DNA of 64,000 nt. Origin: a bacterium. GTDB taxonomy: Bacteria; Acidobacteriota; Blastocatellia; HR10. The notes beneath the pieces are model-generated. The model made no database searches. It was not told the DNA's origin and saw nothing but the letters and a program-made list of their open reading frames with translations. Shown piece after piece: positions 53,133 through 62,850 of this stretch. The stretch covers positions 32,001-96,000 of the forward strand of contig JBEPZV010000003.1 in assembly GCA_041640655.1 (NCBI GenBank), in the 5' to 3' direction. Numbering within the stretch: the first letter of the stretch is position 1; each line of letters opens with the position of its first letter. The translations under genes were made by a program, and so were the position numbers.

Positions 53133-54779
53133 TCATCCGGGGAGGGGGGTGGGCCTGAAGATGCGGAAGGTCCGGGTGAGTTCCTCGCGATAGGCGGTGA
53201 TCTCTTCCTGCACGCGCGATTCCTCCCAGCCGAGATGGGCTCCCATCAGGCGCGCGGCGGCCGGAGCGCAGCTCAGGCCCAGGCAGCGACTCCAACCGAT
53301 GGCCGTGCGCCGCAGGAAGATGTCGGCCAGGCGCGCGGCATGCTCGCGTTCGAGCGCGTAGAGGATCTGAGCGCGAATGTCGGGATGGTGCGGGCAGAGG
53401 CGTTCGCCGAGGGTGCGGTCCGATTCCACGAGGGCGAGGACTTCCGCACTCAGGCTCCCGTACACCTCCATGAGCTGCGCGGCCGAATCCGCCGCAACGC
53501 CGAGGTCTCGCGCCGCTCTCAGGATCTCGGAGGGGGCGAAGGTTGCCCCTCCGGGCAAAGGCTCCAGACGCTCGCTCGCGACGCGCGCGCGTTCGCTCTC
53601 CGGGAGCCGGAGCTTTCGGCAGGCGAGCGTCACGACCTCTTCGGCGAGATGCCGATAGGGGGTGATCTTCCCTCCGATGATGGAGAGGAACCCGGCGATC
53701 CCATCCTCGCGCTCGTGATCGCGAATGATGTGGCGGCGCGTGATCGCGCCTTCGGGCACGCCCGGTCGGTATGGAAGTGGGCGCACGCCGGAATAGGCGT
53801 ACTGCACGTCTTCGCGTCGAAGGCGCGGGCCGAGCAGCCGGCGCGCTTCGTTCAAGAGATACGCGATCTCCTCATCGTCAGCGCGCACGTCGTTGGCATC
53901 GCCCTCATATCGGATGTCCGTTGTGCCGATGAGCACGCTGTCTCTCCAGGGCACGATGAAGAAGGGCCGTCCATCGGCGCGCGCGGCTGCATAGAGGGCG
54001 TGGCGCAAGGCCCACGTGTTGGGGAGGACGAGGTGGCTGCCTTTGGTCCCGCCGATGAACCGGGGCATCGGGCGCGGAAGCCGTCGGCACACGGCATCCA
54101 CCCACGGGCCGGCGGCATTGATCACCAAGCGCGCGCGGACCCGGACCTCTGCGCCGCTCATTCGATCTCGCACCCACGCGCCGCGCACAGCCCCATCTTC
54201 GACGAGCAGCTCGGTGACCTCGGCATAGTTGAACACGTCGGCGCCCTGCTCTTCGGCTGCGCGAACGTTCTCGATGACGAGGCGCTCGGGATACATCACT
54301 TGCGCATCGAAATAGAGAAAAGCGGCGCGCACATCATCGAGCACCAGCGCCGGTTCCCGCGCGCGCACATCGGCGAGCGAGAGTCGGTGATGCGCGGGCA
54401 GACTCTTGCCGAGCGCGAGCAGATCGTACAGCGTCAATCCGAGCCGAACGCTGAGCGGCCGATAGGGGCCGCCGCGGTGAATGAGGATGAGGAAGGGAAG
54501 GGGACGGACCAGGTGAGGGGCCAGACGCAGCAGCGCCTCGCGTTCGCGCAACGATTCGAAGACCAGGCCGAATTCCCCATGCTCCAGATACCGCAAGCCT
54601 CCGTGAATGAGCTTGGTCGAACGGCTCGTCGTCCCGCTGCCGAAATCGTGGCGTTCGAGGAGCAGCGTCGCCAACCCGCGTCGCGCCGCTTCGTGCGCGA
54701 TGCCCGCTCCGTTGATCCCCCCGCCGATGATGAGGAGATCGTAGGTTCGCTCGCTCACCCGGCGCAGGCGATGGATCAT
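53133..54779 (-). CDS. glpD: FAD-dependent glycerol-3-phosphate dehydrogenase
   Basis: ATG 54779; IIGGGINGAG, GTTSRSTKLIHGGLRYLE, INAAGPW, YSGVRPL, GGKIT. The ORF-track upstream extension is an out-of-frame overlap of glpK. Confidence 0.93.
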   Translation of the reverse strand: MIHRLRRVSERTYDLLIIGGGINGAGIAHEAARRGLATLLLERHDFGSGTTSRSTKLIHGGLRYLEHGEFGLVFESLREREALLRLAPHLVRPLPFLILIHRGGPYRPLSVRLGLTLYDLLALGKSLPAHHRLSLADVRAREPALVLDDVRAAFLYFDAQVMYPERLVIENVRAAEEQGADVFNYAEVTELLVEDGAVRGAWVRDRMSGAEVRVRARLVINAAGPWVDAVCRRLPRPMPRFIGGTKGSHLVLPNTWALRHALYAAARADGRPFFIVPWRDSVLIGTTDIRYEGDANDVRADDEEIAYLLNEARRLLGPRLRREDVQYAYSGVRPLPYRPGVPEGAITRRHIIRDHEREDGIAGFLSIIGGKITPYRHLAEEVVTLACRKLRLPESERARVASERLEPLPGGATFAPSEILRAARDLGVAADSAAQLMEVYGSLSAEVLALVESDRTLGERLCPHHPDIRAQILYALEREHAARLADIFLRRTAIGWSRCLGLSCAPAAARLMGAHLGWEESRVQEEITAYREELTRTFRIFRPTPLPG

Positions 54780-54813
54780 TTCCGCCGAGCCTCCCCCATG
54801 GGGACTTGCGTCT

Positions 54814-56313
54814 TCACCTCCCTTCGCGTTCCGCCCAGGCGCGGGCGCGCTCAACAGCGCGCTTCCATCCGCGATAGAGCGCTTCGCGTTCGTCCGCCGG
54901 CATCTGCGGCAGGAAGCGGCGTTCCATCTGCCAGTGGCGCGCGATCTCCTCCGTGTTCCTCCAGATCCCGACGGCCAGTCCGGCCAGGTAGGCGGCTCCG
55001 AGAGCCGTCGTCTCCGTGATCGCCGGTCGAACCACGGGCCGGCCAAGGAGATCGGCCTGGATCTGCAGCAAGAGATCATTGCGCGCTGCGCCCCCATCGG
55101 CCCGTAACTCCTGCAGCGCGATTGCTGAACTCTCTTCCATCGCCTCAATGACATCGCGAACCTGGAAGGCGATGGCTTCAAGGGTCGCGCGCGCCAGATG
55201 CGCGCGATGTGTGCTTCGCGTGATGCCGAGGATCGCTCCTCGCGCGTACATGTCCCAGTAAGGGGCTCCCAAGCCCACGAAGGCCGGAACGATGTAGACC
55301 CCTTCGCTCGACGGCACGGTGCGGGCCAGCTCTTCCACTTCATCCGTCGAGCGGATGATCCCCAGTCCATCGCGCAGCCACTGCACGGCGGCTCCGGCGA
55401 TGAAGATGCTCCCTTCGAGGGCATATCGCATGCCCTCGCGCAATCCGACGGCGATGGTCGTCAGAATGCCGTGGCGCGCGGGCACGGGGGTCGAACCCGT
55501 CTGCAAGAGCACGAAGCACCCCGTTCCATAGGTGGCCTTCGCCATGCCGGGATGAAAACACGCTTGGCCGAAGAGCGCCGCCTGTTGGTCGCCGGCGTTC
55601 CCGGCGATCGGAATCGGTGCGCCGAAGATCGCGCGCTCGGTCTCTCCATAGACCTCGCTCGAGGCGCGCACCTCCGGCAGCAACTCGCGCGGGATGTCGA
55701 GCCGCTGCCGGATCTCTTCATCCCAAGCGCACGCGTGGATGTTATAGAGCATCGTGCGCGAAGCATTCGAGGGATCGGTCACATGCACGCGACCGCCGGT
55801 GAGCTTCCAGATCAACCACGTGTCCACTGTCCCGAAGCATAACTGGCCGCGCCGCGCCCGCTCGCGCGCTCCGGGGACGTGGTCCAGGAGCCATCGGATC
55901 TTCGTCCCGGAGAAATAGGCATCGAGCACCAGGCCCGTGCGCTCCAGGATCACGCGATCGAATCCCTCTCGGCGCAAGTCCTCGCAGAGTGGGGCCGTGC
56001 GCCGACATTGCCAGACGATGGCGTTGTGAATGGGCCGACCCGTCGTTCGCTCCCAGAGGATCGTCGTCTCGCGCTGATTCGTGATCCCGATGGCCGCGAC
56101 TTCCGACGGCGCGATCCTCGCGATGCGGAGCGCCTCCCGAGCGGCCTCCCGCTGCGAATCCCAAATCTCCTCGGGATCATGTTCGACCCATCCGGGGCGC
56201 GGATAGATTTGGTGGAACTCGCGTTGGGCGAAACCGCGAATCCCTCCCTCGATGTCGAAGAGAAGAGCGCGCGAACTCGACGTCCCTTGATCCAGAGCCA
56301 GGATGTAGCTCAC
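54814..56313 (-). CDS. glpK: Glycerol kinase
   Basis: [50 protein letters not shown]. Confidence 0.97.
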   Translation of the reverse strand: MSYILALDQGTSSSRALLFDIEGGIRGFAQREFHQIYPRPGWVEHDPEEIWDSQREAAREALRIARIAPSEVAAIGITNQRETTILWERTTGRPIHNAIVWQCRRTAPLCEDLRREGFDRVILERTGLVLDAYFSGTKIRWLLDHVPGARERARRGQLCFGTVDTWLIWKLTGGRVHVTDPSNASRTMLYNIHACAWDEEIRQRLDIPRELLPEVRASSEVYGETERAIFGAPIPIAGNAGDQQAALFGQACFHPGMAKATYGTGCFVLLQTGSTPVPARHGILTTIAVGLREGMRYALEGSIFIAGAAVQWLRDGLGIIRSTDEVEELARTVPSSEGVYIVPAFVGLGAPYWDMYARGAILGITRSTHRAHLARATLEAIAFQVRDVIEAMEESSAIALQELRADGGAARNDLLLQIQADLLGRPVVRPAITETTALGAAYLAGLAVGIWRNTEEIARHWQMERRFLPQMPADEREALYRGWKRAVERARAWAEREGR

Positions 56314-56335
56314 GACCGTCCCTCCCCTCGGTCTT

Positions 56336-57736
56336 TCACCGACCGGATGAATCCGAATCCGACCCTCCCAGATGGCGACGAATCACTTCGGCTAAGGTCA
56401 TGACGACCTCGCGCACGAGATGTTCGCTCTCGGCTTCGGCCATCACGCGCGCGACCGGCTCCGTCCCCGAATATCGGACGAGCACGCGCCCGCGTTCGCC
56501 CAGCCGCGCTCGCGCTTCCGCTACAGCGTGGGGGAATCCGGGAATCGTCTCCAGCGGCGGCTTCTCTCGAACGCGCACGTTGACGATGCACTGCGGGTAG
56601 CGCGTGAACCCGTGGCGCAACTCGGCGAGGTCGCGCCCGGTCTCCCGCATGACGTTCAGGACGATGAGCGCCGTGAGCAGACCGTCACCTGTCGAGCTGA
56701 TCTCCGGCAGGATGAGGTGTCCCGACGGTTCTCCGCCCAGCGAGGCTCCTCGTTCCCGCAATTGCTCCAGCACATACCGATCCCCCACTTTCGTCCGCAC
56801 AAGCGCGATCCCTCGCCGCGCGAGCGCTTGCTCCAGACCGAAGTTCGTCATCTCCGTTCCGACGACCACATCCCCCCGCAATCGTCCGCGCTCTTGAAGA
56901 TACGTGGCGAGGATGTAGAGCAGGTCATCGCCGTCGAGGATCTCCCCCGCTCGATTCACGAAGATGACGCGGTCCGCGTCCCCATCCACAGCCAGCCCCA
57001 CATCGCATCCGCGCTCCCGGACGATGCGACGCACCGTCTCGGGATGGAGCGATCCGCACTCATGGTTGATATTGCGCCCGTCAGGAGCGACGCCCACGGC
57101 TTCGACCTGCGCGCCCAGCTCTTCCAGAAGTCGAGGGCCGAGCCGATAGGCCGCTCCATGCGCGCCGTCAAAGCCCACGCGCCATCCCGCGAGCGGTCGT
57201 CTCTCCGAAGTCCCCATCGCGCGCTCGCGCAAGAAGTGGAGATATTCGGTGGCGAAGCGCTCGGTCTCCGGCGACAGTAGCTCCTCTGGGGCCACCGGCA
57301 CTTCCCGACATCGCGCTTCGACATCCGGATCGGGCGCGAGCGCCGCGATCTCGCGCTCGATGGCCGCCTCCTGCTCGTCGTCGAGTTTCATCCCGCGGGC
57401 GGAGAAGATCTTGATCCCATTGTCGGGATACGGGTTGTGCGAAGCGGAGATGACGACCCCGGCATCCAGCTCCGCATGAGCGCGCACGAGATAGGCGATG
57501 CCGGGCGTCGTGAAGATCCCGGCGCTCACCACATCGCCTCCGGCTGCGCGCACGCCGGCAACGAGCAGGCGTCCGATCCAGGGGCCGGACTCCCGCGTAT
57601 CGCGCCCAAGGAGTACCCGCAGCGGCCGGCCCAGTACACGCACAAGGGCCATCCCGCAGGCGAAGATCGTCCGCTCGTCCAGGGGATACTCGCCCGCGAT
57701 CCCCCGAATCCCATCCGTTCCGAAGAGTCGAGCCAT
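56336..57736 (-). CDS. glmM: Phosphoglucosamine mutase
   Basis: [16 protein letters not shown]...[25 protein letters not shown]; follows cdaA-cdaR. Confidence 0.93.
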   Translation of the reverse strand: MARLFGTDGIRGIAGEYPLDERTIFACGMALVRVLGRPLRVLLGRDTRESGPWIGRLLVAGVRAAGGDVVSAGIFTTPGIAYLVRAHAELDAGVVISASHNPYPDNGIKIFSARGMKLDDEQEAAIEREIAALAPDPDVEARCREVPVAPEELLSPETERFATEYLHFLRERAMGTSERRPLAGWRVGFDGAHGAAYRLGPRLLEELGAQVEAVGVAPDGRNINHECGSLHPETVRRIVRERGCDVGLAVDGDADRVIFVNRAGEILDGDDLLYILATYLQERGRLRGDVVVGTEMTNFGLEQALARRGIALVRTKVGDRYVLEQLRERGASLGGEPSGHLILPEISSTGDGLLTALIVLNVMRETGRDLAELRHGFTRYPQCIVNVRVREKPPLETIPGFPHAVAEARARLGERGRVLVRYSGTEPVARVMAEAESEHLVREVVMTLAEVIRRHLGGSDSDSSGR

Positions 57737-57772
57737 CGTTCCTCCTCTCGCGCGATCTCGATGACGGCCTCG

Positions 57773-58726
57773 CTATCTCCATCGAACCCTCACGCGCTCG
57801 GGCTCGCACCGCACGACGCTCGCGCGCGAGCCGGCGGGGAGGCGCACCAGCGGAACGACTTCCTGTTCCCCATCGCGCGCGGCGAGCGCCTGCAGCGCCT
57901 CTTCCGGGAGCGTCGCGATGATCTCCTGCTCCTCAAGCGCTTGTACCGTGGAACGCGGCCCTCGCACAAGGACATCCACAACCTGGGGAGTGATCACTAT
58001 CCGTCGCCGCACCGCTTGGGCGATGAGGATCGGACGTTGGGGGAAGCGTCGCTCCATCACCTCCTCGACCAGCACCGTGACCGTGGCTTCTCGCGGAACG
58101 ATGCGGATGGCTTCGGAGCCCGCGGGTTCAAGGGGCACAGTGACCGTGAGCGAGGAGTTCACTCCCCCGAGCGCGATCGCGCGCGTCGGGATCTCCTCCA
58201 ATTGGTTCACCCATGCCTCTGGGCCCGTGACTTGCGCGCGCTCCGGCTTCACCGCGTATCCCGTCACCGTGTAATTCGGCGGGAGCGATCGCTCATCCAG
58301 ACGGGGACGGATGGGCACCTCGCGCGTGATCTCTCGCTGCACCTCGATGGGGAGGGTCGGGGGATCAATGCGCAGGACTTCGATCCCGGCAGGTCGTCGG
58401 ACGAGGCGCTCATCGAGCGTGAGGACATGCCGCCCCGGCGTCAGGTGGCTCACGTCCACCAAGATCGAGAGATCCTCCGGTTTGAGTTGAGCGATCTGAC
58501 TGGCCGGTCCGCGCACGCGCACATCCACGACACGATAGGCCAGCCCCGTCACCAGAAGGTCCGATGGCTCGCGCCGCACGCGCACGGGGACATTGTAGAG
58601 CACCACGTCGCGCCGCGCATGTTCGGAGGAGACGGCGAACCACAGCAGCAGCGCCCCGACGATGGAGATGAGCTTCAGCCAGAAATTGACCACGATCGCC
58701 CGTCGGAGCGCGTCCTTCAGGAGCAT
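57773..58726 (-). CDS. cdaR: YbbR-domain diadenylate cyclase regulator CdaR
   Basis: NFWLKLISIVGALLLW TM followed by three YbbR-like repeats (V-x-V-x-GP). Alternative start 58765. Confidence 0.88.
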   Translation of the reverse strand: MLLKDALRRAIVVNFWLKLISIVGALLLWFAVSSEHARRDVVLYNVPVRVRREPSDLLVTGLAYRVVDVRVRGPASQIAQLKPEDLSILVDVSHLTPGRHVLTLDERLVRRPAGIEVLRIDPPTLPIEVQREITREVPIRPRLDERSLPPNYTVTGYAVKPERAQVTGPEAWVNQLEEIPTRAIALGGVNSSLTVTVPLEPAGSEAIRIVPREATVTVLVEEVMERRFPQRPILIAQAVRRRIVITPQVVDVLVRGPRSTVQALEEQEIIATLPEEALQALAARDGEQEVVPLVRLPAGSRASVVRCEPERVRVRWR

Positions 58727-58784
58727 GCCCGCTGGCCGTCCTTGTCTCGATGTCTCCCCTATCATGCCCGATCGGTGCGCGCGC

Positions 58785-59600
58785 TCACGCCGTCAGCTCG
58801 CGCAAGCCCCGACGTGGCTCCACGAGCGACGTGCGAAGGAAATGGCGCAGCCGCGTCGCATCCAGGTGCCGATAGATGTGTCCTTCCGCCACGAACGAGA
58901 TGATCCCCGTCTCCTCGGAGACGACAATGGCGACGGCATCCGTATCCTCGGTGATGCCGATGGCCGCGCGATGGCGCGTGCCCAACTCCTTGGAGAGTTG
59001 CGGATTCAGCGTGAGGGGCAGGAAACAACTGGCCGCCACCAGGCGATCCCCGCGAATGATGACGGCGCCATCATGGAGCGGGGCGCGCGGATTAAAGATG
59101 GAGACCAGAAGGTCGTAGGAGACCCGCGCATCCAGCCGCACGCCCGTCTCGATGAAGTTGTGCAAGCCGATGGTGCGCTCGAAGACGATCAGCGCGCCGA
59201 TGCGCTCGGCCGCGAGCGTCGTGACGGCCAGGATCACCTCTTCGAACAACTGCTCGTACTCCACGCGCCGGAGTCCGCGCCCGCCGAAGGGGCGGGGCCA
59301 GTACCGCCCGAACTGGATGAGCGCCGTGCGAATTTCGTTCTGGAAGATGACGATGACCGCAATCCCGACGTAGAGCATCGCGTTCCGCAGCACGAATTCG
59401 AGCGTGTAGAGCTGCGCCCATGTCGCCAGCAGGTAGAGCAGCCCCAGCGCCACGAGCCCATAGACCATCTGGACGGCGCGCGTGTCCTTGATCAGCTTCA
59501 GGATGCCGTAGATGAGCAGAGCCACGAGCGCGATGTCGGCGACTTCGCGCCCGCTCAGATGTGCGGCGGCATCCCAGAAGGCCTTCAGCTCTGCGCCCAT
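58785..59600 (-). CDS. cdaA: Membrane-bound diadenylate cyclase CdaA (DacA)
   Basis: Three N-terminal TMs, IFQNEIR, GALIV, PLHDGA, LGTRHRAA, VSEETG; ATG 59600. Confidence 0.95.
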   Translation of the reverse strand: MGAELKAFWDAAAHLSGREVADIALVALLIYGILKLIKDTRAVQMVYGLVALGLLYLLATWAQLYTLEFVLRNAMLYVGIAVIVIFQNEIRTALIQFGRYWPRPFGGRGLRRVEYEQLFEEVILAVTTLAAERIGALIVFERTIGLHNFIETGVRLDARVSYDLLVSIFNPRAPLHDGAVIIRGDRLVAASCFLPLTLNPQLSKELGTRHRAAIGITEDTDAVAIVVSEETGIISFVAEGHIYRHLDATRLRHFLRTSLVEPRRGLRELTA

Positions 59601-59711
59601 ATGCGTCGCCTCTTCGCTCGAGAGGTTCCCACTGAGGGAGCACCTCGATGGAGAAGGGAGGAGAACGATCCTCATGGGCTCTCGCGATCTCCCCCACCGC
59701 GCGAGAGCCGG

Positions 59712-60143
59712 TCACGCGCCTTCGACGATCTCCACGGCCACCGCTTCGACCTTCCCGGAGATGATCCGGTAAGCGCGAAGGTCCAGCGCGGGCTGGAGCG
59801 AAATTATAAAATAGACGGCCTCCGGATAGTAAGCCCGCTCGATGTCCGTCGCCGAGGGAGAGGCTGCCGAGGTCGGATGCGAGTGATAGATGCCGAGCAG
59901 TTCCTCCCCGCGCGTTCGCATCGTGCGAAACGCCGCGAGCACCTCGCGCACGTCGGCGAAGTATTCGACCAGGGGGCGTTCGGCCACGTTGCGCAGGGGA
60001 TAGAGGGCGTGGATGAGGTCCCCGCGTCCGGCCAGGAATCCGCAGCACTCATAGGGGGCGGCCGCGCGCGCCTCCCGTTCGAGTCGTTCCACGATGGTTC
60101 GCGTGACGCGGATGCGATGCTGCGCGCTCGTTGCGGTCGTCAC
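59712..60143 (-). CDS. JAB/Mov34 (M67) metallopeptidase, Mec-like
   Basis: GTG 60143 after GGGAGG; PYECCG, IYHSHP, PSATD (JAMM E...HxH...S-x2-D). Confidence 0.9.
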   Translation of the reverse strand: MTTATSAQHRIRVTRTIVERLEREARAAAPYECCGFLAGRGDLIHALYPLRNVAERPLVEYFADVREVLAAFRTMRTRGEELLGIYHSHPTSAASPSATDIERAYYPEAVYFIISLQPALDLRAYRIISGKVEAVAVEIVEGA

Positions 60144-60266
60144 TTCTGCCTCCCGCCGTCTTCGATGGCCGAATGGAACGGGAGATCCATTCGGGAGGAG
60201 CGGCCACAGGCGTCGCGCGTCCGATCTCCTTCGCCGCCGCATCCCGCCAACCCGCGCATGTTCTCC

Positions 60267-61967
60267 TCACAGAAAGAGCACGTGATGCGCGCGGTTCCCC
60301 AGCGCGATGGCCTCGCGGATCACGCGAGCGACGTGATCGCCATATCGCGCCAGGAAGTAGAAGACCGTCATCGCGCGCTCTTGCAGCATCCCGTGAGGCG
60401 CGAGCGCGAGCACCAGGCGTCGCGCATGGCGGGCGAGAGTCTCGTCGCGTCGGGCGCGCGCGCGGAGATAGTGCTGACGCAGGATCTCGATCTGACGATG
60501 CATCGCTTCCTCGGCGCGATCGAGCGGTCGGTCGAGCGTCGGGTCCGCTTCTCGCAAGAGCGGACGCAGCTTCCGCACCGCTTCGGTCACGGCCGCGCGC
60601 GCCTCGTCAAAGAGCGAGGCGTGATTCGCCTCAAGCGTGCGCTCGATCAGACGCTGATGAACGGCGGTAACGCCGGCGAAGAGATCCGTCAGCGCGAGGC
60701 CGTATCTCGCCAAGAGCTCGGCCGCGCGGGGCTCGACGAGCGTCAGCGACGCGCGCGGGCAGAGCACCGGCTCCGGCACCTCGCAGGCCTCGTACACCGG
60801 CCCCAGTTGCGCGAAATAGGCGATCTCGCTCGGCCCCCCCACGTAGGCGAGCGTGGGCAAGAGCGCATCTTGTACGACGGGGCGAAGCGCCACGTTCGGA
60901 CTGAAGCGCGCGGGATGTTCGGTGAGCTCCCGCAGCAGTTCCTCTCCGGTGAACGCTTTCCCACCGTCGCGAAGCGTGAAACGCTCTCCCTCCCCAATGA
61001 GCGGGCGACGCCGTCCGTCTTCCAAGAAGAAGAGGAAGGCGCCAGCGCGCTCCGGATGAAGTTGGAGGCGATACCCGCGCGCCTTCACCCGTTCACTGTG
61101 GGCGCCGAACGCGGCGATCACGCGCGGCCACTCGCGCACGATACGCTCCAGCACGCGCACCGTCAGACGCTTGAGCCGCTCATCGGCCGGATCCAGAAGG
61201 ACGAGTCCTTCCTCGGCCATAAGGCGCGCCATCGCGCGGGCGAACGCATCGGTCAGTGAGAGTCCCTTCGCATAGGCCGCTCGAAGGAGCACCTCGATCT
61301 CCGGGAGGAACTCCGAATCCGGCAGGGCGCCAAGCAGCGTCGCGAGGGCAGCGTCCGCGCGCTCATCGAGGAGAATCGCGCCGGCCGGCTTCCCCTCTTC
61401 CTCCGGCGCGATGGGGTACGGCACCTTCACCCACTCCCCATCGCGTCCGAGAAGACCGCAATCGGTGACCTCCTTCAGGTCGTGATCCTCGCTGTGGATC
61501 CAGAAGATCGGGACGGCCCGTATCCCCCACGCGCGCAAGAGTCGGGCGGCGCCAATGGCCGTCCACGCCTTATAGAGCGTCAGGAGAGGCCCCGTGAACA
61601 GCCCCGCTTGCTGACCGGTGACGATAGCGACCGTTTCCGGTTCGGCCAATTCGCCAATGGCCTTCAGCGTGGCTTCGCTCGCTCCCCATCGCGCGTTCTG
61701 CTCGCGCAGGACCCGACAGAGCTCTTCTCGATCAGGAAGGCGCGCTGCGACTTGACGCGCGCGCTCGCGCAGCGCCGCCGCGTCCTCCCTCGTGGGGGGG
61801 AGGAGCACTCGTCCCCCCCGGTAGAAATCGGCGACCTTCTCGAAGTCGGAGAGGAAATCGAGAAAGAGTGTGGGAAGATCCGGGATCCGCGCAAACGCCA
61901 GCGACTCAGAGCGGAAGCTCGCCCCCACCACCTCCGCGCGCCTCCGTTCGCATGTCACATCGCCCAT
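60267..61967 (-). CDS. bshC: Bacillithiol biosynthesis cysteine-adding enzyme BshC
   Basis: VTGQQAGLFTGP..TLYKA, FWIHSEDHD, FSPNVALRP, YVGGPSEIAYFAQL, coiled coil, LQER. Confidence 0.92.
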   Translation of the reverse strand: MGDVTCERRRAEVVGASFRSESLAFARIPDLPTLFLDFLSDFEKVADFYRGGRVLLPPTREDAAALRERARQVAARLPDREELCRVLREQNARWGASEATLKAIGELAEPETVAIVTGQQAGLFTGPLLTLYKAWTAIGAARLLRAWGIRAVPIFWIHSEDHDLKEVTDCGLLGRDGEWVKVPYPIAPEEEGKPAGAILLDERADAALATLLGALPDSEFLPEIEVLLRAAYAKGLSLTDAFARAMARLMAEEGLVLLDPADERLKRLTVRVLERIVREWPRVIAAFGAHSERVKARGYRLQLHPERAGAFLFFLEDGRRRPLIGEGERFTLRDGGKAFTGEELLRELTEHPARFSPNVALRPVVQDALLPTLAYVGGPSEIAYFAQLGPVYEACEVPEPVLCPRASLTLVEPRAAELLARYGLALTDLFAGVTAVHQRLIERTLEANHASLFDEARAAVTEAVRKLRPLLREADPTLDRPLDRAEEAMHRQIEILRQHYLRARARRDETLARHARRLVLALAPHGMLQERAMTVFYFLARYGDHVARVIREAIALGNRAHHVLFL

Positions 61968-61975
61968 GTTCGGGG

Positions 61976-62005
61976 ATTATATCGGCGATCGGCGGCGCCG
62001 AGCAA
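61976..62005 (-). promoter_or_regulatory. Putative bshC promoter (possibly leaderless transcript)
   Basis: TTGCTC-18-TATAAT ending 8 nt before ATG 61967. Confidence 0.6.
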
Positions 62006-62038
62006 ACAGCGGCCTCCTGCTCATCGGCCCTCGATCGC

Positions 62039-62827
62039 TCACAGCCGATACCACGCCGGACGACGATCGGCGAAGAGATCGTTGAGCGCCGTGACGCGCT
62101 TATCGCACGCCTGCTGTGGATCAATCTCGACGATACCGACTTCCTCCGCTTCGGGCGAAGCTTCACGGAGGATGGTCCCATCGGGAGCGACGATCTGGCT
62201 GCGCCCGGTGAAGGTCAGGCGCGTCGCTCCGCGCGTCTCTGCGCCGACGCGATTGGCCAGGACCCAGAAGACGCGATTCTCCAGCGCGCGCACGCGCGTG
62301 GTGAGCTGTCCCAGGCCCGGCAAGACCAGATTCGAGGGATGGGCGATCACCTGCGCGCCCTGCAGGGCCACGGTCCGCGCGGCTTCGGGGAAGAAGTGAT
62401 CGAAGCAGATGAGGATGCCGATCTTCACTCCGGCGATCTCGAAGACCGGGAAGCCGAGATCGCCCGGATGAAAGAGCTGCTTCTCCTCGTGAAACAGATG
62501 CATCTTGCGGTAGGTGCCGATCACGCCCCCCGGACCGATGAGCACGGCGCTGTTGTAACACCGATCGTCGGCGCGCTCCGCGAGTCCGAGCACGAGGTGG
62601 GAGCCGCGTCGCGCCGCCCACGTCTGCAGCGCGTCCACGGTCGGGCCGGGAATGGATTCGGCCAGATGACGCACGTCGTCGTGGCTCGCGAAGAGGTAGC
62701 CGGTCGTCGCCAGCTCCGGCAGGACCACGAGATCGGCCTCCACACGGTCCAACGTCGCCATCAGGCGGGCGCGATTCTCCTCCACGGCTCCGAATTTCGG
62801 TGCGAACTGATAGAAGGCGACGCGCAT
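62039..62827 (-). CDS. Nitrilase-superfamily carbon-nitrogen hydrolase
   Basis: ATG 62827 after AAGGAGG; E-K-C triad motifs LPEL, YRKMHL, ICFD; ANRVG, GRSQI. Confidence 0.92.
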   Translation of the reverse strand: MRVAFYQFAPKFGAVEENRARLMATLDRVEADLVVLPELATTGYLFASHDDVRHLAESIPGPTVDALQTWAARRGSHLVLGLAERADDRCYNSAVLIGPGGVIGTYRKMHLFHEEKQLFHPGDLGFPVFEIAGVKIGILICFDHFFPEAARTVALQGAQVIAHPSNLVLPGLGQLTTRVRALENRVFWVLANRVGAETRGATRLTFTGRSQIVAPDGTILREASPEAEEVGIVEIDPQQACDKRVTALNDLFADRRPAWYRL

Positions 62828-62850
62828 ATGTCCTCCTTTATCGCGGTGCG

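Noticed and set aside
40567..61259. Very long antisense or alternate-frame ORFs (e.g. 40567-42762, 49524-51833, 52827-55019, 58662-61259; also 7032-8942)
   Set aside because: They overlap well-supported genes on the opposite strand, have no motifs, and are expected from GC-rich codon usage.
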